Positions 1 to 8,869 of a DNA stretch of 38,785 bases are shown here, one piece after another. Under the pieces are notes generated by a model, which was not told the DNA's origin, did not search any database, and saw only the letters and a program-made list of their open reading frames with translations. Source of the stretch: Patescibacteria group bacterium. GTDB lineage: Bacteria > Patescibacteriota > WWE3 > 9FT-COMBO-53-11. Positions within the stretch are counted from its first letter, which is position 1. Each line of letters starts with the position of its first letter. Location of the stretch: positions 1-38,785 of the forward strand of contig DATDSA010000010.1 of NCBI GenBank assembly GCA_035291485.1, given 5' to 3'. The position numbers and the translations under genes are program-made.

Positions 1-138
1 ATCAGCGGGCTGCCACTGGAGCTGGGAAATCTTAAGAATCTCAAGCTGCTGGATCTTTCCGGCAATCCGGTATCCACTATCGACCTCGCCAAAATCGAGG
101 CCGCCCTCCCCGATACCGAGATCCGCTCCGACAATTAA
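1..138 (+). CDS. Leucine-rich repeat protein, C-terminal fragment (5' end outside window)
   Basis: Frame 1 is open from the window edge to TAA at 136-138. The translation ISGLPLELGNLKNLKLLDLSGNPVSTIDL shows LxxLxLxxN LRR periodicity. Confidence 0.5.
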   Translation: MSGLPLELGNLKNLKLLDLSGNPVSTIDLAKIEAALPDTEIRSDN

Positions 139-223
139 TCCCTTCTTTTCTGCTCACCACCGGCCCGGTTCCCAGACTTGTTAAAATAGCTTATTGAGTT
201 GAAACAAAGGGGGTTGAAAAAAT

Positions 224-784
224 TTGTTTAAGAAACTTTTAATCCTATCCGTTCTCACAGTCTTTCTCTTCGCCGGAGGTTTGGTGCTGGCGAAAGACGA
301 TCTCCCGAACCCCGGAATCACTCCCGACAGTCCCTTCTACTTCCTCGACACTCTCGGTGAGCAGATCGAGCTCTTCCTCTCTTTTAGTCCCACTGCGAAG
401 GCCGAAAGGGCCACCCAGATCGCGGCCGAAAAAGCCGCCGAGGTGGAAGCGATGATCGAGGAGAACAAACCGGACGCGGTCGAGACCGCGGCCACCCGCT
501 ACGGCGAGCTGATCAGCCTGGCCGCCCAGAGCATCAGGGAATCAGAGGACAGAGCCGCCGCCGTGGCGGCGCTCGTGGCGCAGGCCACTTCGATCCACCT
601 CACGGTCCTCACCGGATTACTGGATAAGGTTCCCGAGCAGGCGAGGAATGCGATCGAGAACGCCCTGACCAAGAGCGAGAACGGCGCCCAGTCGGCGCTG
701 GACGCTCTTCAGGACGAAACCGATCTCAGGAGCGAGGTCCAGGACAAGATCAACGCCGCTCGGGCAAAACGGGGAGCGGAATAG
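224..784 (+). CDS. Secreted DUF5667-like protein (signal peptide plus Ala/Glu-rich helical region)
   Basis: TTG start follows AAAGGGGG. The N-terminus MFKKLLILSVLTVFLFAGGLVLA is hydrophobic. The motif LPNPGITPDSPFYFLD is typical of DUF5667 proteins as I recall them. Confidence 0.6.
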   Translation: MFKKLLILSVLTVFLFAGGLVLAKDDLPNPGITPDSPFYFLDTLGEQIELFLSFSPTAKAERATQIAAEKAAEVEAMIEENKPDAVETAATRYGELISLAAQSIRESEDRAAAVAALVAQATSIHLTVLTGLLDKVPEQARNAIENALTKSENGAQSALDALQDETDLRSEVQDKINAARAKRGAE

Positions 785-788
785 AAAA

Positions 789-811
789 CCCGCTTCGGTG
801 GGGAAGCGGGG
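789..811 (-). terminator. Hairpin between convergent genes, terminator-like on minus strand
   Basis: CCCGCTTC-ggtgggg-GAAGCGGG forms the stem-loop. On the minus strand it is followed by TTTTCTATT. Confidence 0.5.
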
Positions 812-822
812 TAGAGAAGGGA

Positions 823-1308
823 TCAGCCGAACTTGGGCAGGCGCAGGCCGTGGCAGGAACACTTGCGGCAGGATCCCACTCCGTAACGGTGGTACCTTCG
901 CCGGTGCCCACAGGCGCAAACCTGTTTGGGGTCCGCCGGAACCAGCAGACGGCCGTAGTAATGGAGCAGCCGCCACCCCTGCATGACCGCCGCGTCCATA
1001 CCGGGATTGTTCGGATCGCCAACCGCGCGGGTGTGGAAGATGACGTCCTTGAACATCAAATCTTCCACCGTTTGGACCGCCTCCGCCAGCATCTTCAGCG
1101 CCGCCACGTAGACCAGGCCGGCGGTGTTGAAACTTTCCTCTTTCGGTAGCTCAAGGAACTTCTTGCCCTCGTCCGTACCGATGTCACCCTCGCGCTCCCG
1201 GAAGGAGTTCAGGTGCTCCCGGATCGCGTCGCCGATGGTCTGGACCTTTGCCTTGGCCTTGCGTTTTCCCACGTCTCCTCCCTCTTTTCTTTGAAAGAAG
1301 TTTATCAT
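823..1308 (-). CDS. Hypothetical protein with Cys/His-rich C-terminal tail (putative zinc-binding)
   Basis: 161-aa ORF ending in CACGHRRRYHRYGVGSCRKCSCHG. An alternative GTG start at 1272 is preceded by GGGAGGAG. No family recognised. Confidence 0.55.
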   Translation of the reverse strand: MINFFQRKEGGDVGKRKAKAKVQTIGDAIREHLNSFREREGDIGTDEGKKFLELPKEESFNTAGLVYVAALKMLAEAVQTVEDLMFKDVIFHTRAVGDPNNPGMDAAVMQGWRLLHYYGRLLVPADPKQVCACGHRRRYHRYGVGSCRKCSCHGLRLPKFG

Positions 1309-1352
1309 GAGGATTTGATAATCGGGTAGTCTTTTTATTATCCTAGAGGAGT

Positions 1353-1430
1353 AATGTACGGCTCGCTAAAGCGAACCTAGATTCGGCGAATGGCCGAATA
1401 ACGGCTCGCTAAAGCGAACCTAGCATTTTG
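1353..1430 (+). repeat. Two forward copies of the dispersed hairpin element, with a third hairpin between them
   Basis: The identical 23-mer ACGGCTCGCTAAAGCGAACCTAG occurs at 1358-1380 and 1401-1423. Between them lies the perfect hairpin ATTCGGC-gaatg-GCCGAAT (1381-1399). The second copy continues as TAGCATTTT. Confidence 0.85.
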
Positions 1431-1440
1431 AGAAAACAAA

Positions 1441-1650
1441 ATGAAAGAACAGCACGACCACAGCCAACCCACCCACACCGCCGGTTGCGACGCCTGTTCC
1501 TACGTCGCCGAGGTTCACGCCCACGGCGATGACGAAGCGGTAGACGCGCTGGTGCAGGATCTGGCGGCGCACAACAAGGCCGTCCACAACCAGGACACCG
1601 ACCCCGAAGCCATCAAAGATCCCGTTCGCGCCAAGATGAAGACCCTGTAG
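1441..1650 (+). CDS. Small DUF1059-like protein
   Basis: 69-aa ORF. The pattern C-x2-C followed by DDEAVDALVQDLAAHNKAVH resembles the DUF1059 layout. The next gene starts 4 nt after its stop. Confidence 0.5.
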   Translation: MKEQHDHSQPTHTAGCDACSYVAEVHAHGDDEAVDALVQDLAAHNKAVHNQDTDPEAIKDPVRAKMKTL

Positions 1651-1653
1651 GCA

Positions 1654-2523
1654 GTGTTTCCAATCATCGGAATTCTCACCGGAATCGGCTCGGCGGCGGG
1701 ATGGGGAGTGGGGGATTTCCTCGCCGGAAAATCCTCCCAAAAATCCGGCCCGTACCAAGCCGCCTTCCTCTCGGTTCTGTTCGGGCTAATTGTCACCGCC
1801 GTAATTTACCTCATTTTTGTCCGAGATTTCGGCATTCCATCCCCCGACATCTTCATCCGCCTCACAATTCTGGTTCTCGGCCTGTCGGCCGCCCAGATTC
1901 TGTTCTTTAAGGCCCTGGCGATCGGCCCGATCGGCATCGTCGCCACCATCGGCAGCGCTTATTCGTTGATCACCGTTCCTCTGGCGCTGGGATTGCTCGG
2001 CGAACAGCTCACCGTCGGCCAGCTGGCAGCGGTCGCCACGATTATTTTGGGAGTAATTTTGACCTCAATTCAGATCGGTGGAAAATCAGTCAAGCTCATC
2101 AGCAAGCGGGGGGTGATTCTGGCACTGGGGGCGATGATTATCTGGGGAGTATCTTTCGCTTTTCTCGATCCGGTCGTCGAAGCGCTGGGATGGGTTAAGG
2201 CCTTTTCGCTGGAATACGTCCTGACGGTTATTTGGGAACTAGTTATTCTGGGAGCGATGGGGATCAGCCTCCGCAAGCTGGTGGCGCCGGGATTCAATCG
2301 TTTGGTCGTGGCGAACTCGATCGCCTTTCTTTTCGGGAACGCCGCCTTCAACATCGGGCTGGAGAAGGGGCTGGTCTCAATCGTGACCCCGATCTCTTCG
2401 GCTTATCCAGTAATTACGGTTCTTCTCGCTTGGCTCTTCTTGAAAGAGCACCTCAAGAGGAACCAGCTCCTGGGGATCGCCCTCGTTATCACCGGAGTAA
2501 TTATCCTCGCCGTCTCCGGTTAA
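1654..2523 (+). CDS. EamA/DMT-family transporter
   Basis: 289 aa with about 10 hydrophobic segments in two similar halves. Gly/Ala-rich EamA-type helices. GTG start. Confidence 0.8.
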   Translation: MFPIIGILTGIGSAAGWGVGDFLAGKSSQKSGPYQAAFLSVLFGLIVTAVIYLIFVRDFGIPSPDIFIRLTILVLGLSAAQILFFKALAIGPIGIVATIGSAYSLITVPLALGLLGEQLTVGQLAAVATIILGVILTSIQIGGKSVKLISKRGVILALGAMIIWGVSFAFLDPVVEALGWVKAFSLEYVLTVIWELVILGAMGISLRKLVAPGFNRLVVANSIAFLFGNAAFNIGLEKGLVSIVTPISSAYPVITVLLAWLFLKEHLKRNQLLGIALVITGVIILAVSG

Positions 2524-2566
2524 CGCAGGTCTTGATTCCGCCGGCCGAGCTTCGCTAGACTGGTTC

Positions 2567-4252
2567 GTGCCAAGGCGAAAGTTTCCGAAACTCGTCTTCG
2601 TTTCGGGTGGTGTGCTCTCCGGGTTAGGCAAAGGAATCACCACCGCATCCGTTTCTCTCCTCCTCAAATCCCGCGGCTATAAAGTCACCGCCATCAAGTG
2701 CGACATGTATCTCAATATCGACGCCGGCACGATGAACCCCGTTGAACACGGGGAGGTCTTCGTGACCGATGACCGGGCCGAGACCGACCAGGATATCGGC
2801 CACTACGAACGCTTTCTGAACGAGGACCTGCCGGGGAAGAATTACATCACCGCCGGCCAAGTCTACTACGAGGTCCTCCAGAGAGAACGGCGGCTGGAGT
2901 ACGGGGGAAGAACGATCGACGCCTACGAGGAGATCCCACCGGAGATCATCCGCCGAATAAAACAGGCGGCCCAGGGGTACGAGATCGCGGTGATCGAGCT
3001 GGGCGGAACGGTCGGTGAGTACCAGAACATCATGTTCTTCGAGGCCATCCGCCGGCTGAAGATCAAGGACCCCAGCTCGACCCTGCTGATCCACGTCGGC
3101 TACCTGCCGCTCCCGCCGACCCTGGGAGAGCCCAAATCGAAACCGATCCAACAATCCATTCAAGAACTGAACTCGCTCGGCCTTCGGCCGGATTTCGTTG
3201 TTGCCCGCTCGGAGAAACCGATCGACTTGAAGCGGAAGGAGAAAATCGCTTTCTCCGCCGCGATCGATCCCCAGGACGTAATCTCAAACCCCGATGTCAG
3301 CCCGGTCTACCGCGTCCCGCTGGTGCTGGAGGAGCAGGAGCTGGCGCGAAAGATCCTGCAAAGGTTCGGCTTGCGGTCCCGCGGCCGAAAACTCGGCGAA
3401 TGGAAGAATCTCATCAAAAGGATCGAAGGGGCTAGAAAACCGATCAGGATCGGTATGGTCGCCAAGTACATCTCCTCCGGCGATTTCACCCTGGAAGATT
3501 CCTACATCTGCGTCAACGAAGCGATCAAGCACGCCGCTTGGGAGCAAGGGCTGGATCCCCAGCTGGTTTGGATCGATTCCGAGAAGCTGGAGGAGATGGG
3601 AAAGAAGGAGTTTGAAGAAGCGCTCGCGGGCTTGGACGGGATGATCGTCCCGCAGGGGTGGGGGAGCCGGGGAACGGAGGGGAAGATCGGGGCGATCCGA
3701 TTCGCCCGAGAAAACAAAATCCCATACCTGGGGCTCTGTTTCGGAATGCAGATGGCGGTGGTCGAGTTCTCCCGCCACGTGCTGGGATTGAAGGACGCCC
3801 ACACCGCCGAGGCTGATCCCAAAACCAAGAACCCGGTGATCCACGTCATGCCGAACCAGGAGAAATACCTCCAGAATAGGCAGTACGGCGGGACGATCCG
3901 GCTCGGCGCTTGGAAGTGCGGGATTGAGCCCCGGACGCTACTGCGCCGGATCTACGACCGAGGGGTGGTCAGCGAACGGCACCGCCACCGCTACGAGCTG
4001 AACAACAAGTACCGCCAGCTGCTGGAGAAAAATGGAATGAGGTTGTCCGGATTATCGAGCGATAAGGAGCTGGTGGAAGCGATTGAGTTGGATCAAAAAA
4101 TTCATCCGTTCTTTCTGGGGGTACAATTCCATCCGGAATTAAAATCCCGGCCGTTGGCACCCCACCCTATTTTTAGGGAGTTTATGCGCGCCGCGAGCGG
4201 CGACGGAGGTAGAGACCGACCTCAAAAGCGAGGGCGGCGAAAAGCAGATTGA
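2567..4252 (+). CDS. pyrG: CTP synthase
   Basis: N-terminal FVSGGVLSGLGKGITTAS is present. The glutamine amidotransferase domain shows GLCFGMQ and HRHRYE motifs. 561 aa. Confidence 0.95.
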   Translation: MPRRKFPKLVFVSGGVLSGLGKGITTASVSLLLKSRGYKVTAIKCDMYLNIDAGTMNPVEHGEVFVTDDRAETDQDIGHYERFLNEDLPGKNYITAGQVYYEVLQRERRLEYGGRTIDAYEEIPPEIIRRIKQAAQGYEIAVIELGGTVGEYQNIMFFEAIRRLKIKDPSSTLLIHVGYLPLPPTLGEPKSKPIQQSIQELNSLGLRPDFVVARSEKPIDLKRKEKIAFSAAIDPQDVISNPDVSPVYRVPLVLEEQELARKILQRFGLRSRGRKLGEWKNLIKRIEGARKPIRIGMVAKYISSGDFTLEDSYICVNEAIKHAAWEQGLDPQLVWIDSEKLEEMGKKEFEEALAGLDGMIVPQGWGSRGTEGKIGAIRFARENKIPYLGLCFGMQMAVVEFSRHVLGLKDAHTAEADPKTKNPVIHVMPNQEKYLQNRQYGGTIRLGAWKCGIEPRTLLRRIYDRGVVSERHRHRYELNNKYRQLLEKNGMRLSGLSSDKELVEAIELDQKIHPFFLGVQFHPELKSRPLAPHPIFREFMRAASGDGGRDRPQKRGRRKAD

Positions 4253-7200
4253 CGAGCGGCATTCCGGTGGCGGGGAGAACTTCTCCTTCGTCTTCCTCAC
4301 CCAGGACATCCTGGTCGTTGTTGGTCACCGTACAGGTCTTTTCCTCACCGACCTTAATATCTCCAACACAGTCTTCCGAGTAGAAGGCGGTGTATCCGGC
4401 GACCGGCTCTTCCGTGACTTCATACTGACCGGCGTCGAGGTCAATGACGGTTCCGCCCTCGTTCCCGAAGAAAGCGATCGGGTCGGGATTCGTCGCGGCG
4501 ATAGACAGAGTAAAATCGCTAGCGATCTTGGTACCGGTGCTGTTGTTGACCACCCGCTTGATGACGGTGAGCTTGGGAGCAATATCGTCGTTGGTGATGG
4601 TGCAGGAGATGTTTTCGCCCTCATTCAGGGTAACGGTACCACCGAGAACCGAGGGACAGTCATCCTCACGCTCTTCACCGCCGGTGAGGGAAACGAAGGC
4701 GTACCCGAAGAGACCCGCTTCATTCAGCGCGTAGGGAGTGTTAGCGTCAACTTCCAGGGTCTGACCGGAGGTCACCGCGGTATCTCCAATGGTCAGGCCA
4801 AAATCATTCGGCCCCGCTGTACCACCGTCGAGATTGATGACTTCTTTGTAGAGGGTAATCGTGGGAGCGGTGTCGTCGTTGGTCACGGTGCAGGTTTCCG
4901 AACCACCGTTCGGAATAAACACTTCGCTGCAGTTGTCGTAGCTGGTTCCGTAACCATCCGCCGACTCTTCAGTCACGGTGTAGGTTCCCTGAGGAACGGG
5001 TATTTCCTTCAACGCCCCGTCATCCAAGAACGGTCCGGGTTCCAAACCGTTGACTTGGAAGTAGAAATCGGAACCATTCGCGTCGCCGCCGTTGTCGTTG
5101 ACGACAATTTTCTTCACAATTAGTGTTCCCGGCTGATCGTCGTTGGTGATGGTGCAGGTCTTGGACTCCCCGGGAAGAAGAGTGATATTCCCCTGCGCAT
5201 CGCAATCCTCACCCCAGGTAGAAGGAGCGTAGCCAAAAAGCGTGTCTTCGCTGACCGTGTAAGAACCCGCATCCACGAAATGAGAACCCCAGCTGGATTG
5301 AACAGCATCGATGTAGACGGAAAAATCATTTTCGGTTGCGGTGCCACCGTCATCGTTGGGAAGAACTTTAACCAAAGTGAGGGTGGAAGTTTCGTCATCG
5401 TTTAGGATGGTGCAAGTCATCGTTTCCCCCGGCAAAAGAGCTACTTCTCCTTGCGCGTTGCAATCCCCACCCCAAGAAAAGGGCGTGTAACCAGGAAGGG
5501 TGTCTTCACTAACTGTGTAGGTACCGGCATCTACTTGATGGGATCCCCAGCTGGATTGAACAGCATCGATGTAGACATTAAAGTCATTCTCGGTTGCAGT
5601 TCCGCCGTTATCGTTGGGGAGAATCTTCGCCAAAATAAGCGTCGCTTCCTCATCGTCGTTTACAATCGTACAGGTGACATCCTCAGCCAATCCTAGGGTA
5701 ATAACATTCCCGTTTAACTGCCCACCATCACACTGCCAATCGCTGGGAGTGTAGCCGGAAGGACCACCCGATTCGGACAAGGTATAGGGCTCTCCCGCCA
5801 AAACAGCCTGCGGTCCAACGGTCGGTCCTGACCCAGAAAAACCATCAGTTCCGGTGGCCTGTAACGTCCACTGATTCTCGTTGGCTTGACCACCATCATT
5901 GTTGGTCACTGTTTTGACCAAAGTAAGGGTAGGAGCGACATCATCATTGGTGATGGTGCAGGTTTTTTCGTCGCCGTAGGCCAAGCTAACGTTACCGTCC
6001 TCACAACCTTCACTAAACGTCACAAGGTAACCGGAGGGGTCGATTTCTAAGAAATCTTCCTCAAAAGATTGACTACCAACTTCTAATGTATACGTAGTCT
6101 CCCAAACCCTAAGAACATCATTAATATAAAGATCAAAATTATCTTCGGTTGCAGTACCGCCATTATCGTTAGGAAGCTCTTTGTAGACAGTTAGAGTCGG
6201 CAACTGGCCGTTAGTAAAAGTGCAAGTTATATCACCGCCCGCAGTAAGATCAATGGAATTAGGGTTAATCTCGTTGTTCACCCCATCCGAGCAGACTGCA
6301 CTAATCGGCGCCCAGCCTGTAACCGGATATTCAATTAGAGAATAGTTTCCCGGCAAAAGGTCAGGAAAAGTGTGGGGAGTTTGTTCATCGATCAACGAAG
6401 TAGAACCAGCACCACTCAAAGTAAAGTCAAAAGACTGATTTGAACCAGAAGGTATGGTAATTTTATCAACCGTGATTGAGCCGGGGTTAATTTCATTGGT
6501 GAAAGTGCAAGTGACATCCTCACCTTCAGGCAAGGGCAGTACAACGCTGTCATTCGATCCAGTTCCAATTGGATCACCATCTTCATCCAAACAGGCAACC
6601 GAGGTTGAATAGCTGGAACTGGTAACCTCGCTAAGCGTGTAACTATCTGGAGTAAGATTTCCAAATGTGTAATCCCCACCATCGATAATGTTGCTGGCAG
6701 TACCAACCAGGGAACTGTCGGAGGAGAGTTCCAAGTTAAAGTCCCAGGTACTTGAATCATCCGGAACAACATCCTTAACTACCGTTACGGTAGCGGGCGA
6801 GACTACCGCGTCAGCCGAAAGAGATTTATCAGTAGCTCCCAAATTACCAAGATCATCGTCCCCGTCATCATTAACATCGGCGTACCAACTTATTAAGCGC
6901 ATGTGGTATGGGGAACCATGGATGCCTCCCGCGGAATTTCCGATTCCCCAGTCAAGTTTAGAACCAAGATGACCACCCCAAGCCAAAATTGCGGTTGAGT
7001 TAGTAGCGGAAAAGGTTATATCGATGGTTGTCTCGGCCGCATCATCCGCCAAATCCCCTTGGGTGTTGTAGGCCATACTTGAAATTGCCCCGTTCCACAT
7101 GGACATCACCCGCTCACCAGCCGGCAATGCATTAAAACTAGTGGTGGGTTGACCGAAAACCGGAGATCCGGCAGAACTGGGAGCAGGAATTGCAAAAGTA

Positions 7201-7655
7201 CTAGAAGGAGCAGACCCATCGGTAACTCCAACGACCCCATCGGTAGGATCAACGGTTTCGGTCAAGTGCCCAAAGTAACCGTGGTCTTCCAATCTTTGAT
7301 ACTGGGTAAGAAAGTCAATCGCGTGGGCTCCGCTGTGTTTGATGTCGTAACCGATTGTTAAAGTGATAGGCTCACCGATCGGCAAATCCGTCAAAACAGC
7401 TCGATAGGATTGAGAGTATCCCTCTATTAAGTGAGAGTTTGAGCCTCCGGCATTACCGTTAAACCAAATCGGAGGAACATTGGGCAAAGCGGCAGAACCG
7501 TTACGCATCTGATCGAGATCAACATTTGAACTAAGGTCATCACCATCAGCGTAAACCGGTACGGGGAGATACGAGAAAATCCCAATAACATACTGGGACA
7601 GAAGAGTCAGCGAGGTAAAGAGCGAGAATAATTTTTCGCGCGTTTGCGTACGCAT
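4182..7655 (-). CDS. LPXTG-anchored cell-surface protein with about nine tandem beta-sandwich repeat domains
   Basis: A signal-peptide-like N-terminus is present. Nine modules each end in C-T-x-T/V/L-N-D/N-D, for example TCTITNDD, with NDNGGTAxxxDF cores. The C-terminus is LPATG plus a hydrophobic helix plus RRRSRRA. Confidence 0.85.
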   Translation of the reverse strand: MRTQTREKLFSLFTSLTLLSQYVIGIFSYLPVPVYADGDDLSSNVDLDQMRNGSAALPNVPPIWFNGNAGGSNSHLIEGYSQSYRAVLTDLPIGEPITLTIGYDIKHSGAHAIDFLTQYQRLEDHGYFGHLTETVDPTDGVVGVTDGSAPSSTFAIPAPSSAGSPVFGQPTTSFNALPAGERVMSMWNGAISSMAYNTQGDLADDAAETTIDITFSATNSTAILAWGGHLGSKLDWGIGNSAGGIHGSPYHMRLISWYADVNDDGDDDLGNLGATDKSLSADAVVSPATVTVVKDVVPDDSSTWDFNLELSSDSSLVGTASNIIDGGDYTFGNLTPDSYTLSEVTSSSYSTSVACLDEDGDPIGTGSNDSVVLPLPEGEDVTCTFTNEINPGSITVDKITIPSGSNQSFDFTLSGAGSTSLIDEQTPHTFPDLLPGNYSLIEYPVTGWAPISAVCSDGVNNEINPNSIDLTAGGDITCTFTNGQLPTLTVYKELPNDNGGTATEDNFDLYINDVLRVWETTYTLEVGSQSFEEDFLEIDPSGYLVTFSEGCEDGNVSLAYGDEKTCTITNDDVAPTLTLVKTVTNNDGGQANENQWTLQATGTDGFSGSGPTVGPQAVLAGEPYTLSESGGPSGYTPSDWQCDGGQLNGNVITLGLAEDVTCTIVNDDEEATLILAKILPNDNGGTATENDFNVYIDAVQSSWGSHQVDAGTYTVSEDTLPGYTPFSWGGDCNAQGEVALLPGETMTCTILNDDETSTLTLVKVLPNDDGGTATENDFSVYIDAVQSSWGSHFVDAGSYTVSEDTLFGYAPSTWGEDCDAQGNITLLPGESKTCTITNDDQPGTLIVKKIVVNDNGGDANGSDFYFQVNGLEPGPFLDDGALKEIPVPQGTYTVTEESADGYGTSYDNCSEVFIPNGGSETCTVTNDDTAPTITLYKEVINLDGGTAGPNDFGLTIGDTAVTSGQTLEVDANTPYALNEAGLFGYAFVSLTGGEEREDDCPSVLGGTVTLNEGENISCTITNDDIAPKLTVIKRVVNNSTGTKIASDFTLSIAATNPDPIAFFGNEGGTVIDLDAGQYEVTEEPVAGYTAFYSEDCVGDIKVGEEKTCTVTNNDQDVLGEEDEGEVLPATGMPLVNLLFAALAFEVGLYLRRRSRRA
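5135..5655 (-). repeat. Recent tandem duplication of one ~261-bp domain-coding unit inside the surface protein gene
   Basis: TLILAKILPNDNGGTATENDFNVYIDAVQSSWGSH... and TLTLVKVLPNDDGGTATENDFSVYIDAVQSSWGSH... are adjacent. By eye they are roughly three quarters identical at protein level, with long identical DNA runs. Confidence 0.8.
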
Positions 7656-7773
7656 TAGCTGTTAACTATACATAATACTAACCCGTCTGTCAACCTCACA
7701 TCAAACCTTTTGAAAAATACTATGAGGTAGAAAAGGAAATATTTTAAGCAATCCACCTTGATATACTCTACGT

Positions 7774-8742
7774 ATGCCAATGCGCACCTGCGAATTCGTC
7801 TCGCCCAAACACCCCGACAAGCTCTGTGATTTCATCGCCGATTCGATTTTGGACGGTTTCTTGGCCGGTGACCCAAAGAGCCGGGTGGCGGTGGAACTCC
7901 TCGGCGGCCACGGCCGGGTCTTCGTCAGCGGGGAGGTGACCAGCGCCGCGGACGTGGACGTCGAAGCGCTGGTGAGGAAAACCGTCGGCGAGGACTACCA
8001 GATCGTCGTCAACATTTCCAAGCAGAGTCCCGAGATCTCGCGGGGAGTGGACACCGGCGGGGCGGGGGACCAGGGAATAATGATGGGCTACGCCACCAGC
8101 GAAACCGAGACCTCTATGCCGTTGGAGTACGAGACCGCCCGCAAACTCTGCCAGGACATATATAAGGAGTATCCCTACGACGGAAAAACTCAAGTAACCA
8201 TAGAGAGTAACGGAAGTAACAAGAGTAACCAAAGTGACTACCGAGTGACAACCGTGGTAGCGAGCTTTCAAAATACCAAAACCAAAGAACTGGAAGAGCT
8301 CGTTCGTTCCCTGATCAAGAGCGACTTATACCTTATTAATCCGGCGGGGGAATGGAACCTCGGCGGTTTTGATGCGGATTCGGGATTATCCGGGCGGAAG
8401 ATCGTCATCGACAACTACGGCCCCGAGATCGGCGTGGGCGGGGGATCGTTCTCCGGCAAGGACCCGACCAAGGTCGACCGAAGCGCCGCCTACATGTGCC
8501 GGCGGATCGCCGTCGACCTCCTCAAGAAACACAAAGCTAAGAAGGTGAAGACCAAGCTGGCCTACGCCATCGGGGTGAAGGACCCAGTGATGGCGGTCGC
8601 CGAGATCGACGGTCAAGAAACCCCGATCGAGGGCTACGACGTCACGCCCCGCGGAATTATTGAGTTGCTGAAACTCGACCAACCCATCTACGCCGAAACC
8701 GCTCGCTGGGGACATTTTGGGCGAAACTTTTCTTGGAGTTGA
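7774..8742 (+). CDS. metK: S-adenosylmethionine synthetase, compact 322-aa form
   Basis: Motifs KHPDKLCDFIAD, GAGDQGIMMGYA, GGGSFSGKDPTKVDRSAAY and the C-terminal WGHFGR are present. Confidence 0.9.
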   Translation: MPMRTCEFVSPKHPDKLCDFIADSILDGFLAGDPKSRVAVELLGGHGRVFVSGEVTSAADVDVEALVRKTVGEDYQIVVNISKQSPEISRGVDTGGAGDQGIMMGYATSETETSMPLEYETARKLCQDIYKEYPYDGKTQVTIESNGSNKSNQSDYRVTTVVASFQNTKTKELEELVRSLIKSDLYLINPAGEWNLGGFDADSGLSGRKIVIDNYGPEIGVGGGSFSGKDPTKVDRSAAYMCRRIAVDLLKKHKAKKVKTKLAYAIGVKDPVMAVAEIDGQETPIEGYDVTPRGIIELLKLDQPIYAETARWGHFGRNFSWS

Positions 8743-8746
8743 TGAC

Positions 8747-8782
8747 CAAAATGCTAGGTTCGCTTTAGCGAGCCGTCCAATA
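8747..8782 (-). repeat. Hairpin element copy, reverse orientation, 5 nt after the metK stop
   Basis: CAAAATGCTA-GGTTCGC-TTTA-GCGAGCC-GTCCAATA is the reverse complement of the copies at 1358-1430. Confidence 0.85.
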
Positions 8783-8826
8783 CGGTCGCGGGTTTTCCTG
8801 GGGCTAGGTGCTAAAATTTTCCCAGC

Positions 8827-8860
8827 ATGGACGGCCGCCTGCGGCGACCTAGCATTTTCG
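8827..8860 (+). repeat. Hairpin element copy, forward
   Basis: ATGGACGG / GGCCGCC-TGC-GGCGACC / TAGCATTTTCG. Confidence 0.85.
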
Positions 8861-8869
8861 CATTACTCA

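Noticed and set aside
2624-3844. Minus-strand ORFs 2624..3163 and 3284..3844 inside pyrG. Similar cases are 7768..8271 (metK), 9357..10058 (ychF), 11837..13063 (gyrA), 13199..14879 (copB), 15493..15969 (oxidoreductase) and 37183..38289 (the 36841 gene).
   Set aside because: All are antisense or out-of-frame shadows of confidently identified genes.
7656-7773. A SAM riboswitch upstream of metK.
   Set aside because: The gap is only 118 nt and is shared with the divergent surface protein gene. It is AT-rich, and I could find no conserved SAM-I-like helices or kink-turn features.
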